Part shown: positions 61,435 through 64,000 of the stretch, piece after piece | Numbering within the stretch: the stretch's first letter is position 1 | How the letters are laid out: each line of letters opens with the position of its first letter | Source: Micropepsaceae bacterium | Lineage (GTDB): Bacteria; Pseudomonadota; Alphaproteobacteria; Micropepsales; Micropepsaceae | Assembly: GCA_036273455.1 (NCBI GenBank) | Contig: DASUHP010000033.1 | Coordinates: 13,967 to 77,966 of the forward strand | Direction of reading: 5' to 3' | Length of the DNA: 64,000 nt | Notes under the pieces: model-generated | The model's database searches: none | What the model saw: only the letters and a program-made list of their open reading frames with translations | Told to the model about the DNA's origin: nothing | Made by a program: the position numbers and the translations under genes

Positions 61435-62385
61435 ATGAGACTGTGGATTTGTGCGTCGATTTTGGCGCTGCTGCCGGTTGTAGGAATGGCCGCAGATGCG
61501 CCGCCGGATTGGGCGTATCCGGTTGCTCCGCCGGACTACAAGGCACCGCCGGACAATGGTCAGGCGAAGCATCTCAAAGGAAGCACGCTGGCATTCACCC
61601 AGAAGGACGTGGACGATTCATTCAATCCACCCGACTGGTTCCCGAATGAGCATCCGCCGATGCCGCAACTGGTGGCGCATGGCAAGGCACCGGCCGTACA
61701 TGCCTGCGATCAGTGTCACCTGGCGACCGGCCGCGGCCATCCTGAGTCGGGCAACCTCGCGCATTTGCCGGCCGATTATATTATCGAGCAGATTGATCAG
61801 TTCCGCAGCGGAAACCGCCGGAGTTCGGTCGCTCGCCGCTCGTCCAACATGATCGAGTTTGCAAAGAATCTGACCGATGACGAGGTTCGGGAAGCAGCGC
61901 AATATTTTGCCAGTATGCCCCCTGCCGTATGGACTAAGGTTGTCGAGACGGACACGGTTCCGAAATCCTTTGTCGGTGAAGGCAATATGCGTTTTATCGC
62001 CGAAGGCAATGCGAAGGAGCCGATCGGTCATCGCATCATTGAAGTTCCGCAGGACGAAGAAGGCGCCAAGCTTCGCGATCCGCATGCCGGCTTCATCGCC
62101 TATGTGCCAACCGGGAGCATCAAGGCCGGAGAGGAACTGGTCACCACCGGCGGCAACGGCAAGACAATCCAATGCACCATCTGTCATGGCGCGGATCTGA
62201 GGGGCGTCGGCAATGTTCCAGGACTCGCCGGGCGATCGGCGATTTATGTCTTCCGGCAGCTCTACGACATCCAGCACGGCACGCGTAAAGGCAATGCGGT
62301 TGCCTTGATGCAACCTGTTGTAAAGAATCTGACACAAGATGACATGATTGCGCTCGCAGCGTATATGTCATCGCGCACACCCTGA
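61435..62385 (+). CDS. dihaem c-type cytochrome (periplasmic)
   Basis: GGGAGGA RBS, a signal peptide and two CxxCH motifs ('CDQCH', 'CTICH'). Confidence 0.8.
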   Translation: MRLWICASILALLPVVGMAADAPPDWAYPVAPPDYKAPPDNGQAKHLKGSTLAFTQKDVDDSFNPPDWFPNEHPPMPQLVAHGKAPAVHACDQCHLATGRGHPESGNLAHLPADYIIEQIDQFRSGNRRSSVARRSSNMIEFAKNLTDDEVREAAQYFASMPPAVWTKVVETDTVPKSFVGEGNMRFIAEGNAKEPIGHRIIEVPQDEEGAKLRDPHAGFIAYVPTGSIKAGEELVTTGGNGKTIQCTICHGADLRGVGNVPGLAGRSAIYVFRQLYDIQHGTRKGNAVALMQPVVKNLTQDDMIALAAYMSSRTP

Positions 62386-62410
62386 AATTTACTCTGGCTG
62401 GAATGAGAAG

Positions 62411-62439
62411 CGGCCGCCCTCTCGGGCGGCCGTTTTCTT
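62411..62439 (+). terminator. rho-independent terminator
   Basis: CGGCCGCCC-TCTC-GGGCGGCCG followed by TTTTCTT. Confidence 0.7.
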
Positions 62440-63004
62440 ACGAGCAAGACAGCCGGTTCTCCCATGTAGCGAGTTCCCAATCACACGCTGTACCTGCCGC
62501 GTCTGTAACTCTGCTGCCCGATAAGTCTCTTATAGCAACTGAAAAATTCCAACATTACACGCACTAATTGTTTGAATGGATCTCCGCCACCCGGGGGTTC
62601 GCCGAATGACCAATGGAACTCGCAATTAAGATTGCTTTGCTTCGCGCGAAAGTAGCAATTGCTGAATTGCTTGTAATCAACGCGTTGCATTTATGCACCA
62701 CTCATTGCCCGAGTGACCATCCTTGTTGATTTCAGGACAATACGTCGCGCCTGCCATGGGCAAGTTGTATTGCAAAGTTATTGTTACGCTGTTCTGTATG
62801 CTGACGGGATGATGCCGTCCGGGCAGCGTGGGATAAGCGGTGTACCGGAAATAGCGGGGAAGCCGCGGGGGGGCGGCCGACTTGGCTGCCGGATTTACAG
62901 ACGGATCCGGCCTTTGCGCGTAGCCGCTAACGGCTGCAGGGCGGAATCATCAATCCATCGCGACCACACACTGCCGCCATTCCGGCACAAGGGGGAGTAG
63001 CATT

Positions 63005-64000
63005 ATGCATCCAGTGACGTCCCGATTTGCGATCCTGATGGGATCGGCATCCCTGCTTTCATTGGCCAGCGCGCTCACAGCGCATGCGCAGGCGCAAGCT
63101 GTTCAGGTGACACCGCAGCAATTTGCCCAGGCACAAGTGGCGCAGAATGCTGCACCGGCCACGGCCGCCGCGGCACCTGAAACGGTTCCGGAACAGGTTC
63201 TCGTCACCGGATCATTGATCCATGGTACTGCGGCGGTCGGCGTTCCGGTGACCAATCTCGGTACGCAGGACTTCACCCAGACGGGCAATGTCACCATCGG
63301 TGATCTGTTCCGAACGGTGCCTGCCGCGAACGTGGCGCCCGGACCATCGGCGGTGAACTCCGGCGGTCACCAGGAGCGTGAAACCCGCGTCAACATTCGT
63401 GGTCTGGATGGAACCGGTCCCCGTTCGCTGATGATGATCGATGGTGTGCGATTCCCCCCCCAGGCCGATGGTCTGTGCTCGATTGATCCGTCGATCATTC
63501 CTGCCCTTGCGCTTGATCGCGTGGACATCCTCGCGGACGGCGCATCGGCGACCTACGGATCGGACGCGATCGCCGGCGTCATCAATGTCGTGCTGAAGCG
63601 CGGTTTCGATGGCGCGGTCACGCAACTGCATGCCGGAACGGACACGGATGGCGGCGGTACCTCCCTTCAGGCGTCGCAATTGTGGGGCCGCACCTGGGAT
63701 GGCGGCGATATAACGCTGACTTATGAGTACACGGACGAAGGGGCCATCAAGGGCGGTACTCACTCGAAATTCACGACGAACTTCCTGCCCTGGGGTTTGG
63801 AAGACCCATATCTGCCGATCGGCGCCGCACTTCCCGGCGTGATTTCCACCGGAGCGCCGGTGGTCAATACGCCGTTGGGCGGCACTCCCGTTCCGGTATT
63901 GGTGAATGCAGCATGCACCAACTGCTTTTCCGTCCCGCGCGGTACCGGCGCCAGTTTCGCGCCGGGCGCCAGCGGATTCGGTCCGACCGCGCCGGGCAGC
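63005..64000 (+). CDS. TonB-dependent receptor, 3' end cut by the window edge (not in the ORF track)
   Basis: Hand translation is open from ATG 63005 (GGGGGAG RBS) to nt 64000. Signal peptide 'MHPVTSRFAILMGSASLLSLASALTAHA', TonB-box-like 'EQVLVTGSLI' and plug motifs 'NIRGLDGTGPRSLMMIDGVR' and 'ADGASATYGSDAIAGVINVVLKRG'. Confidence 0.8.
   Translation, partial: MHPVTSRFAILMGSASLLSLASALTAHAQAQAVQVTPQQFAQAQVAQNAAPATAAAAPETVPEQVLVTGSLIHGTAAVGVPVTNLGTQDFTQTGNVTIGDLFRTVPAANVAPGPSAVNSGGHQERETRVNIRGLDGTGPRSLMMIDGVRFPPQADGLCSIDPSIIPALALDRVDILADGASATYGSDAIAGVINVVLKRGFDGAVTQLHAGTDTDGGGTSLQASQLWGRTWDGGDITLTYEYTDEGAIKGGTHSKFTTNFLPWGLEDPYLPIGAALPGVISTGAPVVNTPLGGTPVPVLVNAACTNCFSVPRGTGASFAPGASGFGPTAPGS

Noticed and set aside
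62481-63000. ORFs 62481..62690 (-) and 62713..63000 (+).
   Set aside because: They lie in A/T-rich or hairpin-rich non-coding-looking DNA, have atypical composition for this genome and no motifs or RBS. Treated as part of the leader/intergenic region.
1-64000. Search for CRISPR arrays, tRNA/rRNA genes, integrases, transposases, phage genes or recognisable multi-gene defence systems.
   Set aside because: I found no regularly spaced repeats, no tRNA-like T-arm/acceptor patterns, and no recombinase or phage-like ORFs. The only defence-related items are the small TA modules listed above.

Overview
High-GC chromosomal segment. The gene content (many Bug/TctC-type binding proteins, a SemiSWEET, characteristic intergenic hairpin repeats) suggests a Bradyrhizobiaceae-type alphaproteobacterium; this is an inference, not a search result. 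I support about 70 genes, mostly metabolic and transport. I saw no tRNA, rRNA, CRISPR array, transposase or integrase.

Recognisable blocks:
- 5'-truncated ChrR-like anti-sigma factor at the left edge.
- Phospholipid cluster: PmtA-type methyltransferase, pssA, psd.
- B12 island: PduO-type adenosyltransferase, a clear cobalamin riboswitch and a btuB-like receptor.
- crcB / YncE-like beta-propeller / DUF190 cluster.
- Rieske oxygenase alpha+beta genes with a divergent bicupin.
- 3-hydroxybenzoate/gentisate locus, interrupted by a GAF histidine kinase and an orphan antitoxin.
- Solute symporter with its DUF3311 partner, then VOC / TctC / BKACE genes.
- Orphan Tat-exported molybdopterin oxidoreductase subunit followed by a SemiSWEET.
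- Operon of hydrolase, LLM monooxygenase, hydrolase, two MFS transporters, glk and a TctC-like protein, controlled by two overlapping IclR genes.
- OmpR/HK pair beside an OMF-MFP-RND efflux operon.
- Second YncE-like protein, a dihaem cytochrome c, and a 3'-truncated TonB-dependent receptor that is absent from the ORF track.

Most interesting observation: a tandem pair of secreted four-cysteine proteins (34973-36453) that align by eye to the metazoan collagen XVIII endostatin domain.

Other points of note:
- Five toxin-antitoxin loci, of which only hicBA looks intact. HepT and a ParE-like toxin are frameshifted, a Phd antitoxin has an in-frame TGA, and a MazE-like antitoxin is orphaned.
- Two secreted proteins share a C-terminal WYYC..GYYPY..C module.
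- Two intergenic repeat families.
- A perfect 15-bp direct repeat in front of the RND operon.
- An A/T-rich, then highly structured, leader upstream of the last receptor gene.

All functional calls come from motif-level reading of the translations. No database search was run.
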